Shown piece after piece: positions 32,101 through 55,300 of a DNA stretch of 64,000 nt (positions are counted from its first letter, which is position 1; each line of letters opens with the position of its first letter). The notes beneath the pieces are model-generated. The model was not told the origin of the DNA and did no database searches. It saw only the letters and a program-made list of their open reading frames with translations. The position numbers and the translations under genes were made by a program. The stretch comes from an uncultured Holophagales bacterium (GTDB taxonomy: Bacteria; Acidobacteriota; Thermoanaerobaculia; Multivoradales; UBA5704). The stretch lies in contig CAWJGT010000003.1 of the NCBI GenBank assembly GCA_963842525.1, positions 1,536,001-1,600,000 of the forward strand. The letters run 5' to 3'.

Positions 32101-35100
32101 GCGATCCTGCCGCTCGCGGCGGCGCGGCGGCGGGAAGACGGCCGGACCGGGGCCGGCGCCGCCTGCTGCCGTCCCAGGTGCTCGGCCTGGGCGCGCACGT
32201 TCGGCCAAGCGAAGAGGTCGAGGAGGGGCAGCTCGCGGCCCAGCACCTCCTGCAGGCGGGCGTGCAGCCGCACCAGCAGCAGCGAATGGCCGCCCAGGTC
32301 GAAGAAGTTGTCCTCGACCCCGACCCGCTCGACGCCCAGGACCTCGCACCAGACCGCGGCAATGCGTTGCTCCAGCTCGCTCTGCGGCGCGGTCCGTACC
32401 TCCGCGGCCGGCGGGGCCTCCGGCGCGGGCAGCGCGCGGCGGTCCACCTTGCCGTTGGGGGTGAGGGGAAGCCGGGGGAGGAGCACGAGCGTGGCCGGCA
32501 CCATGTGCGCCGGGAGCCGCTCGCGCAGCGCCCGGCGCAGCTCGGGGATGCGGACCGCGCCCTCCAGCTCCGCCACCACATAGGCGACCAGGCGCTTCTC
32601 CCCCTGCTCGTCGCGGACGATCACCACCGCCTCGCGCACGCCGGGCTGGGCGGCGAGCGCCGCTTCGATCTCCCCGGGCTCGATGCGGAAGCCGCGGATC
32701 TTGACCTGCAGGTCTGCCCGGCCGGCGAACGCCACCTCGCCGTCCGGCAGGTGCCGCCCGAGGTCGCCCGTGCGATAGATCCGGTCGCGCGGATCTTCGG
32801 TGAAGGGGCTGGGACGGAACTTCTCGGCGGTGAGCGCCTCGTCGTCGAGGTACCCCTGAGCGAGATGCGGGCTGCGCACCGCGATCTCGCCGATCTCGCC
32901 GAGGCCCGCCAGGACGCCGGCCCGGTTGAGGACCAGGAGCTGGACGTCCCGCATCCCCCGTCCCAGGGGGAGCACCTGCTTGTGCCTCTCCTCCGGCCCG
33001 TCGCCGTCCGGCTCCGCCACGTGGTAGGCCACGGCCCGCTGCGTCTCGGTCGACCCATAGAGGTTGACGCAGGTCACGTTCGGCGCCAGAGACCGGATGC
33101 GGGCCACATCCCGCCGGGTCAGGGCGTCGCCCACCAGGAGCACGCGGCGCAGGGCCGGCACCCCGGTGCGGCCGCCTCCCGCCGGCCGCTCGGTGAGGAG
33201 CTGGCCCATGGCCGGCGTGAGGTGGGCCACGGTCACCCTCTCCCGCGCCATCCAGGCCGCCAGGCGCCCCGCTACCGCGAGGTCCTCCGGATCGGGGACC
33301 ACGAGGGCCGCCCCCAGGTACAGAGGCGTGAAGAGATCGCGCTGCAACGGATCGTGCGCCAGGCCCGAGAGCAGGCTGAAGCGATCGTCCGCCGCCAGCT
33401 CGAAGCGGCGGCACTGCCAGGGAAGGAAATGGGTCAGCGGCCCGTGCCGGCCGACGATCCCTTTGGGCGTCCCCGTGGAGCCCGAGGTGAAGCCGAGGAC
33501 CGCCGGGTCGTCCGGTCCCACTGCCACGGCCGGGGCTGCGGCCTGGAAGCCGGCGAGGCGATCGAGGCAGGCGGCGGCCCCGCCGCGGGGGAGGTCGATC
33601 CGCGGGCAGCCCGCCGCGGCCAGCCAGGCCTCCACCGCGTCGGGGAGGGGGCCGGCGGCCTCCAGGCGCACCAGGGCGCGGGGGGCGGCGAGGCGGAGGG
33701 TCTCCACCAGGCGCGCCGCGGGGTAGGCCGGGTCGAGCACCGTGAAAGCGGCGCCGGCCCGCAGGGCGCCGAGCACGGCCAGGGCGACAGGCGCGCTGCG
33801 GTGGGCGACGACCGCCACGCGGTCGCCTTTCCGGACCCCTTCGGCCGCCAACCCGGCGGCCAGCCGGCGGCTCGCCTCCTCGAGCTCGCCGTAGCTCCAG
33901 GCCCCGTCGCGGTCGGTCACGGCCAGGCGGCCGGGGGCCGTGCGCGCCTGCTCCACGAACAGGTCGTGGATGGCCCCGATCCAGCCCGTGTCCAGGGGCT
34001 CGGCCGGATCGGGGAGCACCGTGCGGGCCCGGGCGGTCACCAGGGAAAGACGGCCGATCGGCTCCTTCGGCCGCTCCAGCGCCTGCTCCAGGAACAGCGC
34101 GAGCTGGTCGAGCAGGTCCTCCATGCGCGCCGAGTCGAAGAGGTCGGCGTTGTAGATCAGGTTGACGTCGATCCCCTCCTCCGGCTCGGAGACGTAGAAG
34201 GTCATGTCGAACTTCGACGGCGGCTCCGGGATGTCGAGCGGCTGCAGAGCGAGGCCCGGCAGGCGCAGCGCGATCGCCGGGTAGTTGAGCAGGTTGAACA
34301 GCACCTGGAAGAGCGGCGTGCGGGAGAGGTCTCGCTCCACCTGGAGGCGCTGGAGCAGGGCCTCGAACGGCACGTCCTGGTGGGAGAACGCCCCCAGGGT
34401 GGTCGCGCGCACCCGGGCCACCAGCTCCGCGAAGCCGGGCTCCCCCGCCAGGTCGGTGCGCAGCACCAGCGTGTTGAGGAAGAAGCCGATCAAGCTCTCG
34501 GCCTCCACGCTCCGCCGGCCGGCGATGGGAGCGCCCACCAGGAGGTCGGTCTGGCCGCTCCAGCGGTGGAGGAGGGCCTTGGCGGCGGCCAGGAGGGTCA
34601 TGAAGAGGGTGGCCCCACGGGCGCGGCCGAAAGCGCGCAGCCGCTCCGCCGTGCCGGCGGGCAGCCGCCGCCGCGCGTGGCCGCCGCGGAAGGCCTGGAC
34701 GGCGGGGCGCGGCCGGTCGATGGGCAGGTCCAGGGGGGCGACCTCGCCGCCCAGGCGTTCCACCCAGTAGGCCAGCTCGCGGTCGCGCGTCGCCTCGAGC
34801 TGGTGGCGCTGCCAGACCGCGAAGTCGGGGTACTGGACCGGTAACTCCGGCAGGCGCGGGGGGCGGCCCAGGACGGCCGCCTCGTAGAGATCGGCGATCT
34901 CGCGCACGAAGACAGCGATCGACCAGCCGTCGGCCACGATGTGGTGGAAGACCAGGAGGAGGCGGTGGCGGTCCGGCCCAAGGCGCAGGAGGGTGGTACG
35001 GAAGAGCGGCCCGCGACTCAGATCGAAGGGCCGGTTCGCTTGCCCGGCGGCGTGCCGGGCCGCCTCCTCAGCGAGCGCCGCGGGGAGGAGCCCCGACAGA

Positions 35101-38100
35101 TCGATCACCGGCAGGGAGGTCTCCAGGCCGGGCAGGATCCGCTGGCGCGGTATCCCGTCCACGGCCTGGAAGACGGTACGGAGCGACTCGTGCCGGCGGA
35201 CCACCTCCCGGAGGGCGCCGGCCAGGGCGCCTACATCGAAGATCGCCGGTGAGCTCCACCGGGCTGGGTATATTGAAAGTGCCCGTGCCCGGCTCCAGAC
35301 GGTCGAGGAACCAGAGGCGCTCCTGGGAGAAGGAGAGGGGGAAGACCTCCTCGCCCGGCCGGCGCGGCAGTCGCGGGATGGTGGCTTCGGCGTCCGACAC
35401 CGCCGCTGCGCTCGAGGTCGGCCGCCAGCGCCTCGATGGTGGGCGCTTCGAACACCCGGCGCACGGGCAGGCTCACTCCCAGAGCCGCGCGCACCCTGGC
35501 CAGCATGCGCGTGGCGAGCAGCGAGTGGCCACCGAGCTCGAAGAAGTCGTCGCGGGCGCCCACCCGCTCGCGGCCGAGCAGCTCCTCCCAAAGTCCGGCG
35601 AGCAGCTTTTCGAGCGGCGTGCGCGGCGCCACCCAGTCGGCCCCGGCGGTCCGGTCCGGGGCCGGCAGCGCCTTGCGGTCCACCTTGCCGTTGGAGGTGA
35701 GTGGAAGGGCGGCAAGGGTCACAAAAACGGCGGGGACCATGTAGTCCGGGAGGCGGTCGCGCAGGGACTGGCGCAGGGTTTCGGCGGCGGCGTCGCCGGC
35801 CACATAGGCCACCAGGCTGCCTTCCCGGACCACGACCACGGCCTCGCGGACCCCCTCCAGGGTGGAGAGGGCGGCCTCGATCTCCTCCAGCTCGATGCGG
35901 TAGCCGCGGATCTTGACCTGGTGGTCGAAACGCCCCAGGAACTCGATGGCCCCGTCCGGGTGGAAGCGGACCAGGTCGCCTGTGCGATAGAGACGCCCGC
36001 CCGGCTCGCCGAAGGGATCGGGGAGGAACCGCGCCGCGGTCAGATCGGGCCGGCCGAGATAGCCACGAGAGAGGGCCGGACCGCCCACCAGCAGCTCGCC
36101 GGCCACCCCGGCCGGCGCGGGCTGCAGGCGGCGGTCGAGCACATAGAGGCGGTTCTCGGCCGAGGGGTGGCCGATGGGGATGGAGACGAGCCCGCGCGGG
36201 CGCCAGTCCGCCGCCCGTCCGACCTCGTAGAGGGTGCAGTTGACCGCCGCCTCGGTCGGCCCGTAGCCGTTGAACAGGCGGCATTCCGGTCCGGTGACCG
36301 CGAAGGCCTCCGCGACGAGCCCCTCTCCCAGGGCCTCGCCTCCGAGATGGAGCACCTGAAGCGGGAGGCGCTCTCCCGCCGCCGCTGCGACGGCACGGAA
36401 GAAGGAGGGGGTGGTGTGGAGGGTGTTGATGCCGTGGCTCCGGACCTCGCGCAGGTAGCCCTCGATGTCGCTGCGCTCGGCCTCGCCGCGCAGGACGAGC
36501 GTGCCGCCGAACAGCAGCGTGGTGAGGATCTCGAAGACCCCGAAGTCGAAGGCATAGGACAGGCTCTGGAGGACCCGCGTGTGCTCGCCAAAGTCGAAGA
36601 CCTCGCGGCTCCAGAGGAGCAGCGGCACCAGGTTCTCGTGGGTGATGGGCACCCCTTTGGGAACCCCGGTCGAGCCGGAGGTAAAGATCACATAGGCGGT
36701 CCCGTCCCCCGTCCCGGCTGTCGCCGGGGAGAGAGGCTCCAGCGCCCGATCGAGGTCGTCCGGGCAGACCACGTGCGCCACGGCCGGGCACCTGTCGAGG
36801 CTCGTCCGGTCGGTGACGAGGACGGTGAGACCGCAGTCGGCGATCATCCGCTCGAGGCGCTCGGCCGGGAGGCCGGGATCGAGCGGCACGAAGCCACGTC
36901 CGGCCTTGAGGATTCCCAGCATCCCCACCAGCAGCGGCAGGTCCGGTGCGGCCATCAGGCCGATCAGGCCGCGGCCTTCGTAGCTCAGGAGCAGGCGTGC
37001 CAGCCGTCCCGCCTGCTCGTCGAGCTCCCGATAGGTAAGGGTCTTCCCCTGCCAGATCGCGGCGATCTTGCCGGGGGTCCGTGCCGCCTGCCGCGCGAAC
37101 AGCTCGTGGATCAGGGTGGGAATCGGGGTCTTCCACCCCGCCGAGCTCCACTCTTCAAGGATCGTCCGGCGCTCCGCCTCGCCGAGCAGGGGGAGCTCGA
37201 AGACGCTCGCCCCGGAAGCCTCGGTGGCCGCCGCGAGGAGGTGCTCGAAGCAGCCGGCCCAGCGTTGGATCGTCCCCTCTTCGAACAGGTCGGCGCTGCC
37301 GATCAGGTCGCCGGCAAAGCCGCCCCCCTCCTCGGCCAGAGCCAGGGAGAGGTCGAACTTGGCCGCCCAGCTCTCCTGCGGGAGCAGCTCCACGGTGAGC
37401 CCCGGCAGACGCAGCGGCTCCACCGGCGTGTTCTGCAGGGCGAAGGAGGCCTGGAACAGCGGTGTGTACGCCAGGTTGCGCCCGGGCTGGACCTCCTCGA
37501 CGAGCTTCTCGAAGGGCAGCTCCTGGTGGTCGTAGGCCTCCAGGGTGTGGCGGCGGGTGCGGGCGAGGAAGCCGGCGAACGAGGGCTCGTCCGCCAGGTT
37601 GGCGCGCAGCACGAGAGTGTTGACGAAAAATCCAATCAGGCCCTCGACCTCGGCGCGCTGGCGTCCGGCCACAGGGGTGCCGACGGTGAGGTCGGTCTGG
37701 CCGGAGAGGCGGGAGAGCAGGGCCTCGAAGGTGGCGAGCAGAACCATGAACGGGGTGGCGCCGGTGCTCAGAGCGAGACGGCGGACCCTCTCGGCCAGCT
37801 CGGGAGAAAGGCGGAGCCGGCGGCTCGTGCCGCGCTCGCTCGCCACGGCCGGGCGGGCGCGGTCGGTGGGCAGCGCCAGCTCCGGCGGCGCGCCGTGCAG
37901 GCGCTCGCGCCAGAAGCGAAGCTCGCCTTCGAGGGCCTCGCCGCTCAGGCGGCGGCGCTGCCAGGCCGCGAAGTCCGCGTACTGGAGCGGGAAGCTCCGG
38001 CAGGGGGGAGGGCCGGCCGGCGGCGAAGGCCTCGTAGAGGGCCGCGGTCTCGCGCACGAGGATGGCGATGGACCAGCCGTCCGCCACGATGTGGTGGAGG

Positions 38101-41100
38101 GTGAGTAGGAGCCGGTGCTCGTCCGAGCCCAGCCGCAGCAGCGTGGTGCGCAGCAGCGGCCCGGCGGCGAGGTCGAAGGGCGCCGCGGCCTCGGCGGCCG
38201 CCAGGCGCCGGGCCTCCCGGCTCCGGGCCTCCTCCGGCAGGGCGGCGAGGTCGACCACGGGCAGGCGGGTTTCAGCCGCCAGGACGACTTGGGGGCGGGG
38301 CTCGCCGCCAGCGTTCATCGGGAAGGTGGTGCGCAGCGTGGCGTGGCGGCGGAGGACCTCGGCGAAAGCGGCGGCGAGCACCGCGGGATCGAGCCTGCCG
38401 GCGAGGCGGGCCGCGGCCGGGATGTTGTAGGCCGGGCCTCCGGGCTGGAGCTGGTCCAGGAACCAGAGGCGCTCCTGGCCGAAGGAGAGGCCCCACTCGC
38501 CCTCCTCCTCTGCCGCCTCCAGGGGCACTGCTTCGGCGGTGCGTGCCCCCAGCAGCCCGGCCACGACGGCCGCCATCTCAGAGAGGGTCGAAGCTTCGAA
38601 CACGGCCGCCAGGGGGATCTCGACGCCCAGGGTTCCGCGCAGCCGGGAGACCATGCGGGTCGCCAGGAGGGAGTGGCCGCCCAGCGCGAAGAAATCGTCC
38701 CGCCGGCCGATCCGCGAGCGGCCGAGCAGCTCCTCCCAGACCGCCGCGATCTGCCGTTCCAGCGGGGAGGCCGGCTCTTCCCAGGCCTCCTCGGCGCCCC
38801 CGTCCTCCGGCAGGTCCAAGCGCTCCAGGGCGCGCCGGTCCACTTTGCCGTTGGGCGTCAGCGGCACCTCGCCGAGGAGGGCGAAGCCGGAGGGCACCAT
38901 GTAGCCGGGGAGCCGCGCCGCCAGCGCCCGCCGCAGCTCGGCCGCACTGATCTGCGCTGCCGGCGCTGGCACTACGCAGGCCATCATGCGGCGGTCTCCC
39001 GCGGCGTCCCGGCGGACGACCACGGCGGCCTCGGCCACGGCGGGATGGGCGCGCAGGGCGGCTTCGATCTCTCCCGGCTCGATGCGGAAGCCCCGGATCT
39101 TCACCTGCTGGTCGAGGCGGCCCAGGAAGTCGAGAGCGCCGTCCGGCCGCCAGCGGGCCAGGTCGCCGGTGCGGTAGAGGCGGGCGCCCGGCTCGTCCTC
39201 CCGCCCGGCCAGCGGGCTCGGTACGAAGCGCTCCGCCGTCAGGTCCGGCCGCGCCAGATAGCCGCGGGCCAGGCCGTCGCCGCCCGCGCACAGCTCGCCG
39301 GGCACGCCCACCGGCACCGGCCGCATCCCGCGGTCGAGCAGCCGCACCCGGGTGTTGGCGACCGGCCGGCCGATCGGCACGGAGGTCCGCGGCGGATCGT
39401 CGACCGCGATGCGGTGGCAGCAGGTGAAGGTGGTGTTCTCGGTCGGGCCGTAGCCGTTGATCAGGGTGCAGCCGGGCAGGCCGGCCAGGGCCCGGCGCAC
39501 GTGCGGCGCGGACAGGGCGTCGCCGCCGGCCAGGAGCTGGGAGAGGCCGCGCAGGCCGTCCAGCTCTTCGTCGATCATCTGGTGGAAGAGGCCCGCGGTG
39601 AGCCAGAGGGTGGTCACCCGGTGCCGCGCCAGCAGCCGGCCCAGCTCGGGGAGGGAGACCGGCCCGGGAGGGGCCAGAACCAGCCGTCCTCCGTTCAGGA
39701 GCGGCCCCCAGATCTCCAGGGTCGAGGCGTCGAAGGACAGCGGAGCGAGCTGGAGGAAGACCTGGTCCCCGTCCAGGCGGGCCCAGTCCGCGCCGCGCAC
39801 CAGGCGGACCACGGCGCGGTGGGGGACGGCCACGGCCTTGGGCCGGCCGGTGGAGCCGGAGGTGTACATCGCGTAGGCGAGCGACTCCGCCGTGGCACCG
39901 CTCTCCAGGGGGCCGGCCGCCGCGCTCTCCAAAGCCTCCCGGTCCCGGTCCAGGAAGATGGTGGGGATGCCGCGGGCCGGCAGGGCATCCGCGTGCGCTT
40001 CTAAGGTCACCAGAGCCGCCGGCCGTGCCTCGTCCAGCAGGCCGGCCAGCCGCTCCTCCGGATAGGACGGGTCCAGCGGCAGGTAGGCGCCGCCGGCCTG
40101 GAGGATGCCCAGGGCGGCCGCCACCATGTCGACCGAGCGGGGAACAGCGAGCGCGACCAGGGCGTCCGGTCTCACGCCGAGGCGGCGCAGGCAATGGGCC
40201 AATCCGTTGGCCCGGGCCGCCAGCTCGTCCCAGGTCAACCGCTCCGCATCGTCCTCGACGGCCACAGCCCCACCGCGCCGCCGCGCCTGCGCGGCGAACA
40301 GCTCGTGGACCGTCGCCTCCCGCGGGTAGTCGGGCCGCGCGCCGTCCCAATCCACCAGCACCTGCCGCCGCTCGGCCTCGCCGAGGAGAGGCAGCTCCCC
40401 GACGGTGCGGCCGGGGTCTTCCAGCGCGCCGTGGAGCAGCGCCTGGAAGTGGTCCAGGAAGCGCTCCGCGGTCGGCCGGTCGAAGAGGTCGGCGCTGTAT
40501 TCCACCAAGCCGGCCAGCCCGCGGCCCTCTTCGCGCCAGAGGAAGCTCAGGTCCACCTTGGCCGTGCCGGTGTGGATCTCCAAAACGGAAAAATCGAGGC
40601 CGCCGAGGCGCGGTGCCGGCAGGGGCTGGTTCTGCAGGTTCAGCAGGACCTGGAAGAAGGGGTTGCGCCCGGGCTCGCGCTCCGGCTGCAGCTCGGCCAC
40701 CAGCTTCTCGAAGGGGACAGCCTGGTGGGACCACGCTGCCAGCGCCACCTCCTGGTCGCGCCGCAGGAGATCGGCGAACGCCGGATCGCCCGCCAGATCG
40801 GCGCGCAGGACCAGGGTGTTGACGAAGAACCCGATCAGCCCCTCGATCTCGGTGCGGTCGCGGTTGGCCACTGCCGAGCCCATCGCCAAGTCGGTCTCCC
40901 CGGTATAGCGCAGGAGCAGGGTCTGGACCAGGGCCAGGAGAGCCACGAAGAGGGTGGTCCCCTGGCCTCGGGCGAGCTCGCGCAGGCGGTCGGCGGTCCC
41001 GGCAGGGACCTCGGTCAGGAGGTGGTCCCCCCGATGGGCCGCCAGGGCCGGGCGCGGCCGGTCGGCGGGGAGGTCCAGGGGAGGCGTGCCGGCCAAGCGC

Positions 41101-41814
41101 TGCCGCCAGAACGCGAGATGCTCCTCCAGAGCCGGGCTCTGGAGCCGCTCGCGCTGCCAGAGGGCGAAGTCCGCGTACTGAAGCGGCAGGCCGGGCAGCG
41201 GCGAGGGCCGGCCGGCGGCGAAGGCCTCGTAGAGGACGGCGACCTCGCGCAGCAGCACGCCGAGGGACCAGCCGTCGGAGATGATGTGATGCAGCGTCAG
41301 GCCGAGGACGTGGTCGGCCGGGCCGAGGCGGACGAGAGGGGCACGCCAGAGCGGGCCGGTCTCCAGATCGAAGGAGAGGCGCGCCAGCTCGGCGACGAGC
41401 CGCGGCAGCTCGTCCTCCCGTGCTGCGGCCGGCAAGGCCGAGAGGTCGATCCGCGGCAGCGCGGTGGGTCCACCCACAGGCGGAGCGCAGATCTGGCAGG
41501 GCTGGCCGTCCCGCTCGCCGAAGGTGGTGCGCAGCGATTCGTGGCGCCGGACCACCTCGGCGAACACCTGCTCCAGGACGCCGTCCGCCAGCGGCCCGGA
41601 CAGGCGCGCCGCCGCCGGGACGTGGTAGGCCGCGCTGCCGGCGCCCAGCTTCTCCAGGAACCAGAGGCGCTCCTGGGAGAAGGAGAGCGGGAGCGGGCCG
41701 TCCGGCCGCGGCCGGCGCTCGACCGGGGCCGCCACGGTCCGGCTTTTCTCGCGCAGCCGGTCCATGAGCTCGCGCAGCCGGTCCGGCGGCAGATCGGCCA
41801 CCCGGCGGGGGCGG

Positions 41815-41822
<8 letters not shown>
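20115..41822 (-). CDS. Giant hybrid NRPS-PKS (~7200 aa): C-A(Val)-T-C-A(?)-T-C-A(Lys2-like)-T-KS-AT-ACP-C-A(Gly-type)-T-C-T-Cy-A(Cys)/Ox-T; three apparent frameshifts (~37992, ~35405, ~35240)
   Basis: ATG 41822 (GGAGG upstream, overlapping the previous stop) gives MADRPRRVADLPP. Segments in ORFs 37155..41900, 35231..37846, 35068..35400 and 20115..37151 splice into contiguous domains. A codes: DALWLGGTF (Val), DFFHHGGVN (unassigned), DPRHLVLRA (Lys2-like), NILQLGLVW (Gly-like), DLWNLSLIW (Cys). Cy motifs DLLIGDAWS, PVVFTS, QTPQVWLDHQ. Embedded oxidase RRRSFRKF...YGSAGNLYPVQ. Confidence 0.88.
26293..26332. repeat. Short 9-nt-unit tandem repeat (TCGGATCGG)n, in-frame inside an A domain
   Basis: ggatcggtcggattagtcggatcggtcggatcgg; encodes PDPTDPTNPTDPSD. 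Confidence 0.75.
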
Positions 41823-53301
<11,479 letters not shown>

Positions 53302-53668
53302 CTACAACTCCAAGGAGAGATGGCACTTTGCCGAATGCTTGCGTTCGCACCGTAGCCAGATGATCGACTACGTGTCAGACCTAACAGGTAAGGGTGCTCG
53401 AAACCAAGAAAGCGTGACGTTACTGCCCGCGGTTTTGGCCGCCGGCGGGGTGCTGTGGAGAGATCGACGCCACTGGGCAATGTCGTCCGGATTGATCTCC
53501 GCGACCAGGCGACCGGCGAAGCCAGCGAGGATCTTCTTCCAGTGGACCCGGTCCATCTTCACGGAAGCGGCACCCGGACTCCAAACCCCGGGAGCAAGGC
53601 GTCCATCACGTAGTAGGATCGGCCGTGCCAGAGCGGGTTCTAGCGGGTTGAGCGAGGAAGGTTGCATA
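53302..53668. promoter_or_regulatory. Divergent intergenic/promoter region between the NRPS-PKS cluster and riboflavin synthase
   Basis: Locally lower-GC non-coding gap between divergent start codons (53301 minus, 53669 plus). Individual promoter boxes were not confidently identified. Confidence 0.55.
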
Positions 53669-54295
53669 ATGTTTACCGGCATTGTCCAGGAGCGTGGGAG
53701 TCTGACCGGCGATCCCGTGCCGTCGGGACAGGGAGGCGTGCGCCTCTCGCTCGGCCACAGCGCCGAGCTCGGCCGGCGCCTGGAGATCGGGGCGAGCCTC
53801 GCGGTCTCCGGCGTCTGCCTGACGGTCACCGCGCTCGACGGCGATCCGCCGCTCGGTTGTCTGGTTGAGCTATCTCCCGAGACCCTCGCCCGGACCACGC
53901 TCAGTGGCCTGCGCCTGGGCGATCCGGTGAACCTCGAGCCCGCGCTCCGCGTGGGCGACGCCCTGGGCGGCCACTGGGTCCAGGGACACGTGGACGGCAC
54001 GACCGTCGTGGTGGACCGCCGGGACCTCACCGACCACCGGGTCCTCGCCTTCGCCATCCCGCCGGAGCTGGAGCCCTATCTGGTCGAGAAGGGATCGATC
54101 ACCATCGACGGCGTGAGCCTCACCGTCTCGGCCCTCGGCCCGGACCGCTTCGAGGTGGCGCTGATCCCCCGCACGCTGGCGGTCACGACCCTGTCGCTTC
54201 TCGCGCCCGGAGACCGGGTGAACCTGGAGGTCGACGTCCTGGCCAAGTACATCGACCGCATCCTGGCGGCCCGCGGGCTGGTCCCCACGCCGTGA
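53669..54295 (+). CDS. ribE: Riboflavin synthase (alpha chain)
   Basis: Diagnostic N-terminus MFTGIVQE at ATG 53669; GVCLTV, VNLEPAL, GGHWVQGHVDG, KGSITIDGVSLTV, VNLEVDVLAKY. Confidence 0.97.
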   Translation: MFTGIVQERGSLTGDPVPSGQGGVRLSLGHSAELGRRLEIGASLAVSGVCLTVTALDGDPPLGCLVELSPETLARTTLSGLRLGDPVNLEPALRVGDALGGHWVQGHVDGTTVVVDRRDLTDHRVLAFAIPPELEPYLVEKGSITIDGVSLTVSALGPDRFEVALIPRTLAVTTLSLLAPGDRVNLEVDVLAKYIDRILAARGLVPTP

Positions 54296-55293
54296 ACCGC
54301 GCCGCGGAGGCCTCTCCTCCGGTCCGGCCGGCCGCCCAGCTCCCCGAGCCGGGGCGGTTCTGGATCCGCTACGTCCCCCGCGCCTGGGACGTCCCGGAGC
54401 ACCCCTGGGTCCACCTTGCCACCGCGAAGCTGGGGGAGTGGGGTCGCGGCGCCACCCGGGGTGGGTCCCCCTCGGGTCCGTCGGTGCTCGCGGCTCTCCT
54501 GGAGACGCCCCTCGACGACGTGCTCTATCTTCCGCCCGTGCCGCCGCGCCGTGCCGCCGCCCGGGACCAGCTCGCGAGCTCGCGGCTGGTGGACGGCACG
54601 CCGATCCTCCTGCAGCTCTTCCCGGGGGACGAGCCGGGGGTGCCCACGGTGAGCGGGCTCGCCTTCGTGTTCGATCTCCTGCCCGCGCTCCTCGGCCGCG
54701 ACCTCGCGCGCCTGGGGGAGGTGCCGGCCGGGGCCGCGGCGGTCTGGCCCCTGATCCCGGGGCTGACCGACGATCCGGCGCTCTGGGACGAGGGTTGCGC
54801 CGTTCTCGCGCAGGCCGGGGCCCGGCACGTGCAGGCGATGACTCCGGAGCTGTCTCCGAGCGACCGCCGCCGGCTGGTCGACCGGTGGGGGAGCGCAGAA
54901 GGGGTCTTCGAGGCCCTCTTCCATCGCGAGCCCCCGCCCGAACGGGACTTCGCGCGGGCCGCCCATCTCCACGGACTCGCGCCCTTCCTGCCCCGTCCCC
55001 TGCCCCGGCCGCCGGTCCTGAGGATCGAGAACCGGCGGATCGCCGGCGTGCTGGTCCTCCTCGCGGAGCTCTGGCTGCGCCTCGGCCGGACGCCCGAGCA
55101 GGGGCAGTCGTTCTACCGTTCCGCCCGCTGGATCGACGGCACCAACTACGACCTGGAGGCCCTCGTCCACGAGGGGAACCTGGGTGTGCTGCCGCTCGAC
55201 GCGATGAGCCGCGATGTGGTGGCCGAGCAGGTCGAGGCCGGCGAGGTCGGGTTGCTGGCCGAGCTGATGGCGGACTACGTCAAGGAGGAATGA
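54292..55293 (+). CDS. Hypothetical protein: degenerate radical-SAM (SplB/Rv2578c)-like region plus C-terminal PolX-type helix-hairpin-helix (HHH_8-like) domain
   Basis: 333-aa ORF with GTGA overlap to ribE. WPLIPGLTDD...LAQAGARHV resembles the SplB-like barrel C-half; there is no CxxxCxxC. The C-terminal ENRRIAGVL...LAEL...FYRSARWI...DLEALVHEGNL resembles the PolX N-terminal domain. Family call is by eye. Confidence 0.6.
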   Translation: MNRAAEASPPVRPAAQLPEPGRFWIRYVPRAWDVPEHPWVHLATAKLGEWGRGATRGGSPSGPSVLAALLETPLDDVLYLPPVPPRRAAARDQLASSRLVDGTPILLQLFPGDEPGVPTVSGLAFVFDLLPALLGRDLARLGEVPAGAAAVWPLIPGLTDDPALWDEGCAVLAQAGARHVQAMTPELSPSDRRRLVDRWGSAEGVFEALFHREPPPERDFARAAHLHGLAPFLPRPLPRPPVLRIENRRIAGVLVLLAELWLRLGRTPEQGQSFYRSARWIDGTNYDLEALVHEGNLGVLPLDAMSRDVVAEQVEAGEVGLLAELMADYVKEE

Positions 55294-55300
55294 TGAAGAA

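Noticed and set aside
35245-37151. N-terminal ~630 aa of the 5678-aa ORF 20115..37151
   Set aside because: Out-of-frame, Arg/Pro/Gly-rich translation overlapping the real A-T domains in ORF 35231..37846. The true protein enters this frame only at ~35240.
53302-53668. FMN riboswitch upstream of riboflavin synthase
   Set aside because: I could not find the conserved RFN-element sequence blocks.
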